NCBI GenBank assembly: GCA_963733035.1
Contig: CAVTBU010000006.1
Coordinates: 608,001-672,000, forward strand
From: Pirellulales bacterium
GTDB taxonomy: Bacteria; Planctomycetota; Planctomycetia; Pirellulales; PALSA-1355
Length of the DNA stretch: 64,000 nt
Direction of reading: 5' to 3'
The notes under the pieces were generated by a model. It was not told where the DNA came from. It made no database searches and saw only the letters and a list, made by a program, of their open reading frames with translations. The position numbers and the translations under genes are program-made. Positions 50,564-61,339 of this stretch are shown piece by piece; the stretch's first letter is position 1, and each line of letters starts with the position of its first letter.

Positions 50564-51472
50564 CTAGTCGAGCGCACCGTGGCACGCGGCGCGGCGTTCG
50601 ATGCGTTTGAGCAATCCGCGAAGTACGCGTCCCGGTCCGACCTCGTAAAACTGGTCGTAGCCCTCGGCCAGCAGCTGACGCATCGATTCTTCCCATCGCA
50701 CGGGCGAAACGATCTGCTTGACGAGGAGTTCGCGAATCTCATCGGGATCGAAGTGAGGCGACGCATCGACGTTGGAGATGACGGGGATCGACGGGCGATT
50801 GATACGCGTTTCGGCGAGCGCTTCTCGCAAGCGTTCGACGGCCGAGTCCATGATCGGCGTGTGAAAGGCGCCGGCCACGGCCAACGGCACCGCTTTCATT
50901 GCGCCCGCGGCAACTGCCAACTCGGCCGCGCGCTCGCAAGCGGCGTTTGTGCCCGAGACAACGATATTGCCCGGGCAGAGCAGATTGGCGATCTGCAGGG
51001 TTTCTCCCTGTCGCGCCTCGTTGCACAACTGTTCGACCTGGGCCTGCTCGAGCCCCAGGATGCTGACCATTCCGCTCGGCGTCGCGTCCGCGGCTTCTTG
51101 CATCGCTTCGCCTCGTACCGCAACCAGACGCAAACCGTCTTCGAACTCCATCGCGCCGGCATACACCAGGGCCGTGTATTCGCCCAAACTCAGGCCCGCC
51201 GTTGCCTCGCTCGAGAGAACAACCTCGGGGGACTTGTCGCGAAGCTGCTCAATCGCCGCCAGGCTTGTGACGAATAGGGCAGGCTGGCTGATCACGGTCG
51301 AATCCAACTCTTCGGCTGGACCTTCGAAACAGAGCTTGGCCAGGTCGTAGCCAAGCACTTCAGTGGCACGATCATAGAGGCGGCGAGCGGCGGGAAAGTT
51401 GTCGGCGGACTGGCGTCCCATCCCGACCGTTTGAGCGCCTTGACCCGGAAAGAGAAACGCAATTTTGCTCAC
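50564..51472 (-). CDS. fabD: Malonyl-CoA:ACP transacylase
   Basis: FPGQGAQ, GLSLGEY, VAGAFHT, EVGPG. Confidence 0.96.
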   Translation of the reverse strand: MSKIAFLFPGQGAQTVGMGRQSADNFPAARRLYDRATEVLGYDLAKLCFEGPAEELDSTVISQPALFVTSLAAIEQLRDKSPEVVLSSEATAGLSLGEYTALVYAGAMEFEDGLRLVAVRGEAMQEAADATPSGMVSILGLEQAQVEQLCNEARQGETLQIANLLCPGNIVVSGTNAACERAAELAVAAGAMKAVPLAVAGAFHTPIMDSAVERLREALAETRINRPSIPVISNVDASPHFDPDEIRELLVKQIVSPVRWEESMRQLLAEGYDQFYEVGPGRVLRGLLKRIERRAACHGALD

Positions 51473-51599
51473 GACAAGGCTCCCGCGCTATCCCTGGTGC
51501 GGAGAAATTCAAAACGTGCGAACAGGGTAGGCCAGCGTTCTCCGGAAAGTACCTGTGGTCGGCTTTCGGAAGACGCGGTACCTCGTCCGGCGAGCAGCG

Positions 51600-51782
51600 C
51601 TACTCTTCAGTCGAAGTGACAACCGTGCGACCCATATAGTGGCCGCAGTTGGGGCAGACCCGATGCGACGGCACCGCGGTGCTGCACTGCGGGCAGTATT
51701 CAAGCCTTAGGGGCTTGATTGCATTGTGAGCCCGGCGACTTCCGCTACGGGCATTCGAACTTTTTCGTTTAGGGACGGCCAT
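51600..51782 (-). CDS. rpmF: 50S ribosomal protein L32
   Basis: MAVPKRK, CPQC...HRVCPNCGHY. Confidence 0.96.
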   Translation of the reverse strand: MAVPKRKSSNARSGSRRAHNAIKPLRLEYCPQCSTAVPSHRVCPNCGHYMGRTVVTSTEE

Positions 51783-52129
51783 GGCTCGTACTTCACCTGC
51801 GAGGGCTCCTGGCGGCCCAAGCTCAATCGTAATAAGTCATTACATGCAGTAACAAACGAACCATCCTATGCGACCGCTGCCGGAGCTGTCAAGCGGGAGT
51901 CCGGGTCAGAACATGTCCGAAAATCGAAGGCCCAGATTGCCACAAATCGAGTCTATCGTCCAGCCGCAAGCGAGCGGCGTCACGAGGTGCCACTCGGTCG
52001 CCAAATCCCGTTCGCGTGGTACGATTGAGGAGACCGCCCAGCTCCCCTTGCTCGGACCATTCGCGCCGTGGGTCCCTAAGGATTTTTGCCGTGCTCGTCT
52101 TTCGCCGCAATCGTCCAACCGGTTCCACG

Positions 52130-53014
52130 ATGGGATCTACCATCGCCCGCCGCTTGCTCGTCCTGGGCGTGCTGGCGATTTTGGCCCTGGTGCTAGTCAT
52201 GCGCAGGCGCGACGACACAGATCGGCCCTCGATACGACCGCCGGTGTTACCGCAAGCTCAGGTGGGAAGCCTCGCCCTGGCTGTCAGCGAACCGTCCCCC
52301 GCGGAGGTCCACAAGTCGTTGTTTCCTGGAGTCCGAAGCGATTACTTGGACTCGGTTCGTGACGACACCGTCTTTCGAGCGTCGGAGAGTGACGCCTGGT
52401 TTCATTTGTTAGAGCTCCTGGACAGGACGAGTCAGGCGAAACTCGAGGCAGCCTCGCTGGGACCCGTCGGCTATTTGCAGCTCGACGATCAGGCGCCCTC
52501 GTATCGTGGGCGGCTGGTCACAGTTTCGGGCACCGTCCGCAAGGTAAAGTTAGTCGAGGCGCCCGAGAACGGGTACGACATCAAGCGGTACTACCAATTG
52601 TGGCTGCAACCGCTGCGCAGCGAGCCAGAACTGATTGTGGTATACGCGTTGAAACTACCGGAAGGCTTTCCGCAGGGGGACGAATTGGATGCGGAGGTTC
52701 ACACAACAGGATTTTTTTTCAAACGCTGGGCCTACAAGTCGCAAGATGGAATCCGCAGCGTGCCGCTCGTCCTGGCACGCACGGTTGACTGGCGACCACC
52801 GCCGCCGGCGACGGCAAGACCGCCCGCCGGTGAGCAATATGTGTTTGTGGTCGGGGCCGCAATAGCGCTGGCCGTGGTCGTAATTGCTTTCGTGGCCGCA
52901 CGAAATCGACGGGCCGCTCGTCCTCGAGACAGCAATCCGGTCGCTCTTGCGATTCGGTTGCCGGACGACGAATCCGGCGACGCCTCGAGCGATCGCAATC
53001 ATTCCGTCTCATGA
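52130..53014 (+). CDS. Hypothetical membrane protein (N- and C-terminal TM, one copy of a shared domain)
   Basis: Long ORF with two TM segments; overlaps the next gene (ATGA); shares motifs with it; start uncertain. Confidence 0.7.
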   Translation: MGSTIARRLLVLGVLAILALVLVMRRRDDTDRPSIRPPVLPQAQVGSLALAVSEPSPAEVHKSLFPGVRSDYLDSVRDDTVFRASESDAWFHLLELLDRTSQAKLEAASLGPVGYLQLDDQAPSYRGRLVTVSGTVRKVKLVEAPENGYDIKRYYQLWLQPLRSEPELIVVYALKLPEGFPQGDELDAEVHTTGFFFKRWAYKSQDGIRSVPLVLARTVDWRPPPPATARPPAGEQYVFVVGAAIALAVVVIAFVAARNRRAARPRDSNPVALAIRLPDDESGDASSDRNHSVS

Positions 53015-54570
53015 GAGAGTCCGTCGCGATGTTGGCCATGCTACTTGATTTATTAGAAAGAAATCGTTCGGCGATCGGCCTCGTCTGTTTGCTGGCGAGT
53101 TGCCACGGATTGGGGCCGTTTTGCATTCCAACTCTTGCCGAGGAGTCGGATCTCTCTGCCCACCTGTCCGTGCGCCCGGACGCCAGTCCGCGGGAGATGT
53201 TGGGCCTGTTGGGTATGGGAGACGACTTCTTTGCGGGTTTCGCGAGCGGTGAACCGCTGGACGACGCTGAGCGGGACAAACTACTGCGGTTGATGTTCCG
53301 ACTCGGGCAGATGTCAAAAGCGGTTCTCGAGACGCACGCCAACCCGCCGTTGGACGTAACGCGGATCGGCGACGATCCCGGCGCACGGCAGGGAGAGATC
53401 TTCAATTTGCGATTGAACGTTTTGCGAGTCGATCGCATCGACGTGCCGCCCGACCTGCGAGAGAAGTTTGGTTTTGAGCACTACTACAAGTGCCAAGTCG
53501 ACGCCTCGGGTCAACCAGCCACGCTCTACGCGCTGCGAGTCCCATCGGCATGGAAATTGGAGCGCGCGATTGACGAAAACGGCGAGACACTGGCGATGTT
53601 CATCAAGGAATTGCCGAGCGTGGTGCGGCCGCCCGCCGAAAATGTCAACGAGCAAAACGTCGACGGCCCGGCGTCTAAGGACGTATCCTCGCAGTTCTTG
53701 TTTGTTGCGGATCGAGTCGCCTGGCATCCGCCGACGATGCTCGGTCGGTTGGGAATGGATTACGGGCTATTCGACGAGGTACGTGATCGGTCGAAGCTGA
53801 CCGAACGCGAGGCATTTTACACCCTGCTGGCGATTACACGAACCGTGTCGCCCGCGCTTCTTGATCGCAATACGCGACAGTTGTTCGAGAAGCAGAACGA
53901 AGAACTCCAACGCGTCATCCGGAATCCGGATGTTTCTGCCAAAATGCGTGCTGAGGCTGAAAGAGCGTGGGAGCGAGTTCAACAGGGTGCCACGGACGTG
54001 GTGCCGCTGTTCAATGATCCCGCCGGACAGCGGGGCCGCTTTGTGGTTCTTCGGGGTGAGGCACTACGAGCCGTCAAGGTACGCGTCGACGACGTTGACG
54101 TCGTCAAGCGGTTTGGCATCGACCACTATTACGAAATCGAGATCATCACCCCAGATTCGCAAAACAATCCGATCGTCTGCTGCGTCACCGCGGTGCCGCC
54201 GAACATGCCTCTTGGCGATGCAATTCATGAAGATGTACGAGTCGCGGGATTCTTCCTGAAGTCGTGGGCGTTTGATACGAGAAAAAGCAACTCAAAAGTG
54301 GAGCAGGGGAGCCAGCGGGCTCGTCAACTTGCGCCGCTAGTCATTGGCAAACGCGTGGAATTACTGACACGGCCGAGAATCGGCGCTCCTACGCAAAGCA
54401 TCACATTGGCGGCCGCCTTACTCATCGTGTTCGTCGTTGTCGGCGTCGCCATGTGGTTGATTCGCCGTTCCGATCGTCGTGCCCTGCGGCAAATGGCAGA
54501 ACATCGGGGTTCACTCCCGGAGCAACTCGCAGTTGATCGAACAAAATCGAAAACCGCGAACGATAGCTAA
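53011..54570 (+). CDS. Hypothetical membrane-anchored protein (two copies of the shared domain)
   Basis: 519-aa ORF with signal-like N-terminus, C-terminal TM plus basic tail, and internal duplication. Confidence 0.72.
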   Translation: MRESVAMLAMLLDLLERNRSAIGLVCLLASCHGLGPFCIPTLAEESDLSAHLSVRPDASPREMLGLLGMGDDFFAGFASGEPLDDAERDKLLRLMFRLGQMSKAVLETHANPPLDVTRIGDDPGARQGEIFNLRLNVLRVDRIDVPPDLREKFGFEHYYKCQVDASGQPATLYALRVPSAWKLERAIDENGETLAMFIKELPSVVRPPAENVNEQNVDGPASKDVSSQFLFVADRVAWHPPTMLGRLGMDYGLFDEVRDRSKLTEREAFYTLLAITRTVSPALLDRNTRQLFEKQNEELQRVIRNPDVSAKMRAEAERAWERVQQGATDVVPLFNDPAGQRGRFVVLRGEALRAVKVRVDDVDVVKRFGIDHYYEIEIITPDSQNNPIVCCVTAVPPNMPLGDAIHEDVRVAGFFLKSWAFDTRKSNSKVEQGSQRARQLAPLVIGKRVELLTRPRIGAPTQSITLAAALLIVFVVVGVAMWLIRRSDRRALRQMAEHRGSLPEQLAVDRTKSKTANDS

Positions 54571-54632
54571 ACCTTTCCGTCTTTCGAGGCCCTAAGTTGG
54601 TGCCTCGCCTCGCCTGTATAGCCGTCTACTGA

Positions 54633-55769
<1,137 letters not shown>

Positions 55770-56041
55770 GCCAGCACGCCGCCCCAGGCCGCGACTCGTG
55801 TCGTTTGCAGACGCGGTGAGCGAGGCCGCTCATTACTAGAGGTTGCACCGATGCTAGCGTGCGCTTGGCAGCAGTCGTGCGAGCCCCTTGCCGTTGACAG
55901 TGAAAAAACACTGGGGTAGAGTCCGCCACTTGTGGCATGTTTGGTTTCTGTAGGAAGCATGGAGCCGACGTCATCGCAGACGAAAGCGATTTTAGTGGGT
56001 CTGAGCGAAGTGTTCGGAATACGCGTCTGACGAGTCTCACC

Positions 56042-56608
56042 ATGCTGCTACAACACATTCTGATCGCGCTGCTGACCACGCACGGCGTGGCGGCCGTATT
56101 TGCCGTATCTCCGGCACCAGGCGCCTCGGATTTCTTGCCGCCTGTAGCACCCCGAGATTGGCGCTCGATTGTCGTACATCACTCAGCCACCGGCGGTGGC
56201 AGCGTCGCTTCGATCGATGCCGCGCATCGACGAAAAAAGGATTCGGGCGGCAAGCCCTGGTTGGGAATCGGCTATCACTTTGTCGTCGGCAATGGCCATA
56301 GTATGGCCGACGGCGAAATTCAGCCGACTTTTCGTTGGCAGCGTCAACTCGCCGGCGCGCATGCCGGAAAGCGCGAACAAAATGAACACGGTATTGGAAT
56401 CTGCTTGATTGGCAACTTCGATATGGCTCCTCCGACGGAAAAGCAACTTGTTTCTCTAGCCGCGTTGTTGAAGACTCTCAGCACGCGCTATGCGATCTCG
56501 CCTACTCAGGTGCTTCGTCACCGGGACGTTAGCCCCACTTTATGCCCTGGCCGCTTGTTCCCCTGGAAGCAAGTGGTTAGCAACCTTTCCCAGGACAAAG
56601 GATCGTAG
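56042..56608 (+). CDS. N-acetylmuramoyl-L-alanine amidase (Amidase_2/PGRP family), exported
   Basis: IVVHHSAT, GIGYHFVVGNG, GAHAG, IGICLIGNF, HRDV..TLCPG. Confidence 0.88.
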   Translation: MLLQHILIALLTTHGVAAVFAVSPAPGASDFLPPVAPRDWRSIVVHHSATGGGSVASIDAAHRRKKDSGGKPWLGIGYHFVVGNGHSMADGEIQPTFRWQRQLAGAHAGKREQNEHGIGICLIGNFDMAPPTEKQLVSLAALLKTLSTRYAISPTQVLRHRDVSPTLCPGRLFPWKQVVSNLSQDKGS

Positions 56609-56673
56609 GCGACTTTCTGAACTCCCGCGGTGAATCGTTTCGATTCCCACTTACCCCGCCAGCGTGAGACGTA

Positions 56674-57426
56674 ATGAACCGCATTCAAAATCTGCTCGAC
56701 GACGTGCAAACATGTCCTTTTGCTACGCCACCCGAGGCTGTCTTTACTCCCGCGTCCGACAGCATCGAAAACCCGCATTGCCTTTTTACGCCCCAGCATT
56801 ACGAACGGAACTACGCCTATCCACTCATCGTCTGGCTGCATGGCCCCGACGATGACGAACGGCAGGTTAATCGCGTGCTACCGCTGGTGAGTTTGCGAAA
56901 CTACGTGAGCGTCGCCCCTCGTGGCACGATCGCCTGCCCCGAGGGCGGTTACGCCTGGTCGCAGCAGGCCGAGCAAATCGCATTGGCCGAGGAGCGGGTT
57001 TTTCGCGGAATCTCGTTGGCCAGGCGATGGTTGAATGTGGCATCGCGGCGGATCTACATTGCGGGCTACGATTGCGGCGGCACAATGGCTTTGCGTCTGG
57101 CGCTTCGACACCCTGGTACGTTTGCTGGCGTCCTTGCGATTGGCGGCGGCTTGCCCGGTACGCTGCGGCCCTTTGCTCGCTTGCACGAGTTGCGGGGGAT
57201 GAACATTTTTCTGGCCACCGGTCGGCATAGCCAACTTTACCCAGAACGAGACGTTTGTCGCGATTTGCGGCTATTCCACTCCGCCGCGATGTCGGTCAAT
57301 CTGCGGCAGTATCCGTGTGGCGACGATGTCACTACGGACATGCTTGCCGATATGGACCGCTGGATCATGGAACAGATCAATGCCGCGGCGCCCGTGACCC
57401 GCGACCAACACAGCCACCGGTCGTAG
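56674..57426 (+). CDS. Alpha/beta-hydrolase-fold protein (phospholipase/carboxylesterase-like, degenerate catalytic motifs)
   Basis: YPLIVWLHG, APRG, RIYIAGYDCGGTMA, FAGVLAIGG. Confidence 0.75.
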   Translation: MNRIQNLLDDVQTCPFATPPEAVFTPASDSIENPHCLFTPQHYERNYAYPLIVWLHGPDDDERQVNRVLPLVSLRNYVSVAPRGTIACPEGGYAWSQQAEQIALAEERVFRGISLARRWLNVASRRIYIAGYDCGGTMALRLALRHPGTFAGVLAIGGGLPGTLRPFARLHELRGMNIFLATGRHSQLYPERDVCRDLRLFHSAAMSVNLRQYPCGDDVTTDMLADMDRWIMEQINAAAPVTRDQHSHRS

Positions 57427-57602
57427 TTGCGAACCAACTCCGCTACGGCTCTGTCGAATACCTCGCGATTTCGGACGATTTGCCTCGCAGTCGCGTTGCT
57501 GCTGGGCTCACGTGCCGCTTGTCGACGGTGACGCGATCTGTTTCAATTGACTCCTGACGGGCATCGGTTGTTCTCATTCCGCAAGCGGTACGTCAGGACG
57601 AT

Positions 57603-59369
57603 ATGGCCAAGCTGTGGCGGATTCATCCTCATGACTCAACGCGCATCGTGGCGCTTGAACGATCGGCTGGCATCCCCACCGTCGTGGCCCAGTTGTTGCT
57701 CTGCCGGGGCATTCACGAAGCCAACCTGGCACGCGAGTTTCTCGATCCGCGGCTGAGCAGCCTTCGCGATCCGGAAGAACTGCCGGGTTTGGCGGACGCG
57801 GCCGATCGGATTATGGATTCGGTGCAAACCGGCCGGCGAATCGTGATCTACGGCGACTACGACGTCGACGGCATGAGCGGCACCGCCATCTTGTTTCTGT
57901 GCCTCAAGTTGCTGGGTGCCGAAGTCAGCTACTATGTGCCCAATCGCATTGACGAGGGCTATGGTTTAAATTGCGAGGCGCTGGCCACCTTGGCCGGCCG
58001 TGGCGCGCGGACGATCATCACAGTGGACTGCGGCGCCTCGAGCGTTCGCGAAGCTGAAGAGGCCCGTCGACTGGGTCTCGAACTGGTCATCACCGACCAC
58101 CATCACTTCGCCGACGTGCTGCCCGCGGCCGACGCAATCGTGCATCCGGCGCTGCCGGGCGGTGCGTATCCATTCACGGGACTTTGCGGTGCGGGCGTCG
58201 CTTTCAAATTGGCTTGGGCCCTTTGCCAACGAGCCAGCCAATCGAAAAGAGTCGGTGACCGCATGCGCGAGTTTCTTATGCAAGCGGTGGGGCTCGTTTC
58301 TCTGGGAACCGTAGCCGACGTCGTTCCGCTCGTCGACGAGAATCGCGTGTTGGTGCGTCACGGATTGACCAGTCTGCGGCAGCGGCCCCCCTTGGGTGTG
58401 GCCGCATTGATGCAGGTTATCGGCATGGACGCGGCCGGCCCGCTGTCGAGCGAGGACATCGCATTCAAACTCGCGCCGCGACTTAATGCGGCCGGTCGAC
58501 TGGGGCAGGCCACGCTCGGCATCGAGCTGTTGACAACCGACTCGACCGAACGAGCCGGTGCGTTGGCCGCCTACTTGCACGAACTAAACGGAAGCCGCGA
58601 GAGTTTGGAGCGCAGCATCTACTTGGCAGCCAACAAACAGGCGACCGAACAGTTCGATCCCGAGGGCGACGCAGCCCTGGTGTTGGCAGATCGTGGTTGG
58701 CATCCGGGCGTGATTGGCATCGTCGCGGCACGGTTGGCCGAGAAGTTTCACCGCCCAGTCGTGCTCATCGCTTTCGACTCGCTCGGCGCGAAGCCCGGAG
58801 TTGGTTCCGCGCAAAGCGCTGGCGGATTCAACCTTCACGACGGATTCGCCGCCTGTGCGGAACACTTGATCAGTTATGGCGGGCACGCGGCGGCCGCGGG
58901 GCTCAAAATTGAAGCGTCACGGCTCGAGGCCTTCCGCACGCAGTTCTGCGAATTCGCTGCGGGCGAAATGTCCGCCTCGGCTCGCGTGGCCGAACTACGG
59001 ATCGACGCCGAAGTCCCTTTCAGTGCGCTCACTTCCGCGGCGGTGGCCGATATCGAGCGTCTGGCACCCTTTGGGCACTCAAATCCCCGGCCTTTGCTAT
59101 GCACGTCCGACGTTGTCTTGTGCGAACCTCCCAAGGCCGTCGGGGGCGGGCAGAGGCACCTGTCGCTTCGCCTTTCGCAACACGGCGTACAATTCAAGGC
59201 GATCGCCTTTGGCGGTAGTGATTGGGCGGACGATCTGCTGCAGACTTCCGGTCCGATCGCCGTCGCCTTCCGTCCGTTCGTGAATCATTTTCGCGGCCGC
59301 AAGTCGGTCGAGCTTCAGGTCTGCGACTGGCAGCCGGCCGCGACCATGAAGAACGAATTGTGTGCTTAA
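57603..59369 (+). CDS. recJ: ssDNA-specific exonuclease RecJ
   Basis: YGDYDVDG, PNRIDEGYGL, ITVDCG, TDHH, GTVADVVPL..ENR, PRLNAAGR, GGHAAAAG. Confidence 0.96.
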   Translation: MAKLWRIHPHDSTRIVALERSAGIPTVVAQLLLCRGIHEANLAREFLDPRLSSLRDPEELPGLADAADRIMDSVQTGRRIVIYGDYDVDGMSGTAILFLCLKLLGAEVSYYVPNRIDEGYGLNCEALATLAGRGARTIITVDCGASSVREAEEARRLGLELVITDHHHFADVLPAADAIVHPALPGGAYPFTGLCGAGVAFKLAWALCQRASQSKRVGDRMREFLMQAVGLVSLGTVADVVPLVDENRVLVRHGLTSLRQRPPLGVAALMQVIGMDAAGPLSSEDIAFKLAPRLNAAGRLGQATLGIELLTTDSTERAGALAAYLHELNGSRESLERSIYLAANKQATEQFDPEGDAALVLADRGWHPGVIGIVAARLAEKFHRPVVLIAFDSLGAKPGVGSAQSAGGFNLHDGFAACAEHLISYGGHAAAAGLKIEASRLEAFRTQFCEFAAGEMSASARVAELRIDAEVPFSALTSAAVADIERLAPFGHSNPRPLLCTSDVVLCEPPKAVGGGQRHLSLRLSQHGVQFKAIAFGGSDWADDLLQTSGPIAVAFRPFVNHFRGRKSVELQVCDWQPAATMKNELCA

Positions 59370-59447
59370 GTGCACGGTTCTCGAGTTCCTACGTGCTCAA
59401 CCCCGTGACGCCTCAACGGGCGGCCGTTGTTGATTCGCATTGGTGCC

Positions 59448-60110
59448 ATGTTTTTTCAACCTGACTTTCGCGAAGCCCGCCTGGAAATGCTCGAACTGCT
59501 TGCCGATCGCGGCATCTGTTCACCGCGCGTGTTGAATGCCATGGCCCGCGTGCGCCGCGAGCGGTTTGTGCCCGAGGGCGCGCGCCATCTGGCCTACGCC
59601 GATCGTGCGCTGCCGATCGCATGCGACCAGACGATTAGCCAGCCGTACATCGTGGCGCTGATGACCGAGGCGCTGCAATTGTCTGGCGACGAACGTGTAC
59701 TAGAGATTGGTACGGGCAGCGGCTATCAGGCCGCGGTGCTCGCGGAACTGGCCGCCGAGGTAGTGACGGTCGAGCGACATGCCGCGCTCTCGGAAGCCGC
59801 ACGGGCGGTGCTTGACGAACTGGGTTACACGAACGTCCGCTGCATTGTCGGCGACGGCACGCAGGGTTGGGCCGAGGGTGCCCCGTACGATCGCATTTTG
59901 GTGGCCGCGGCGGCCGCGCAGATTCCTCCGGCGCTTGAGGAGCAACTGGCCGAACGAGGCACGCTGGTGATTCCGATTGGGCCGGCCGACAGTCAGGTGC
60001 TGGAAGCCTACCACAAGATCGGCCGGCGGCTGCACGCCGAACCGCTTAGCGGCTGCCGTTTCGTCCCGCTGGTCGGAGCACAGGGGAATGATCCGGGCGC
60101 AGATGTGTGA
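59448..60110 (+). CDS. pcm: Protein-L-isoaspartate O-methyltransferase
   Basis: AYADRALPI, QTISQPYIVA, VLEIGTGSGYQAA, APYDRI, FVPL. Confidence 0.95.
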   Translation: MFFQPDFREARLEMLELLADRGICSPRVLNAMARVRRERFVPEGARHLAYADRALPIACDQTISQPYIVALMTEALQLSGDERVLEIGTGSGYQAAVLAELAAEVVTVERHAALSEAARAVLDELGYTNVRCIVGDGTQGWAEGAPYDRILVAAAAAQIPPALEEQLAERGTLVIPIGPADSQVLEAYHKIGRRLHAEPLSGCRFVPLVGAQGNDPGADV

Positions 60111-60150
60111 GCACGCCGCACCACCCGCCTCCGCCACGCCCGAACCGCCG

Positions 60151-60178
60151 TTGACCCCCGCACTGGGTCGGCTAGAAT
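60151..60178 (+). promoter_or_regulatory. Sigma70-type promoter of tRNA-Pro
   Basis: TTGACC-N16-TAGAAT just upstream of the tRNA. Confidence 0.6.
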
Positions 60179-60195
60179 ACGTAGCTTCACAATCA

Positions 60196-60270
60196 CGGGG
60201 CGTAGCTCAGCCTGGCTAGAGCGCTGCGTTCGGGACGCAGAGGTCGCATGTTCAAATCATGTCGCCCCGA
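60196..60270 (+). tRNA. tRNA-Pro (anticodon CGG); CCA not encoded
   Basis: Acceptor CGGGGCG/CGCCCCG; D arm GCTC...GAGC; anticodon arm CTGCG-TTCGGGA-CGCAG; T arm with GTTCAAAT. Confidence 0.95.
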
Positions 60271-60434
60271 TTTTATTCGATGGTCGATGCTCGCAAGGAC
60301 CGATTCCTAAAGGAATTGTGCATAGTTCAATTGTGTCCTGTCGCCATGGGGCGACTGGACGGGACTGATCCTAAAGGCCCGCCGAGACCGTGGTAGTTGG
60401 CTACGGGCTGTGATCAGAGCACACGCCCGCGACC

Positions 60435-60899
60435 TTACGCCCAGGTGGGCTCCCTGAGCAGGCCCAGGAAGGCCTCGATGCCATCAACGAGGTAGTAGAA
60501 GTCGCCGAAGGCTTTCTTTAGTTAGATCGCGCCTTGGCCTTCCTAGGGCGCGGTGTCCAGAATGACGAGTCCCCCCATGCCCGTGTACCCAATGGGCACG
60601 ATTTTCGGCGGATCGTTATCCTCAAATAGCGCAATTCGTTCGGGGGTTCCTAGCTCCGCCTCTTCATGCGAAGCGCCGATGCCGAACAGGATTTCCAATG
60701 AATCTTGTGGGCATCCCTCGCCGACGGGTGTGATCTCCGGCTCGCTGAAATCCCCGCCGTTGAATTCCAGTACGAACTTTCGATAGTCATGGGGAAATTT
60801 TACGCCGATGCGACGTTCGAGTTCCGCGACCTGAGCTTCAGTGGGCAACCGGAATCGATCCACCTAGAATCGTTCGCATACGTTCGCAATGGTCGTCAT
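60435..60899 (-). pseudogene. SMI1/KNR4 (SUKH) family immunity protein pseudogene
   Basis: LPTEAQVAELERRIGVKFPHDYRKFVLEFNGG and PIG...G motifs; one frame from ATG 60899 to TAA 60435 broken by stops at 60864-66 (TAG), 60543-45 (TAG) and 60522-24 (TAA). Confidence 0.75.
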
Positions 60900-61339
60900 A
60901 TCGGCAGCATCCTGGGTTCGTGTGAGACGATGAACGCCCTCTTCATCAATCCGCCCAGCGTCGTCGCGGACGCCGTTCCATTACTCGATCAAAGGCAAGG
61001 ATTTTCGCTTTTTCCCTGGGATGCAGCGTGGCTCCGAAAACGGTGAGCCATTGCCAAGCAATCACTCTGGCCCCACTAGCTCGCCAGTCTTAGCGGCTCA
61101 AAACCTAACCGAATAAGCTTCTAATGGACTTTGACGGACCGCTCGGTTGTCAATTCTCGAAAAACGGTTACATTGGGGGTATTGCGAGCCCGCCTGGGTC
61201 TTCCTGCCTGCCGACCCGCCGTCTTCAAGCTCTTGATCGCCGTCTCGCAATTCTTGTCCATAGACCAATGCTTCGTCGGACGATTGGCATGGTGCCGCCG
61301 TCCCGAGCAAGACAATCAATTCAAGGAAATCGTTCTTTC

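Noticed and set aside
60900..61120. Possible toxin remnant upstream of the SUKH pseudogene
   Set aside because: No nuclease or toxin motif recognisable in any frame I read.
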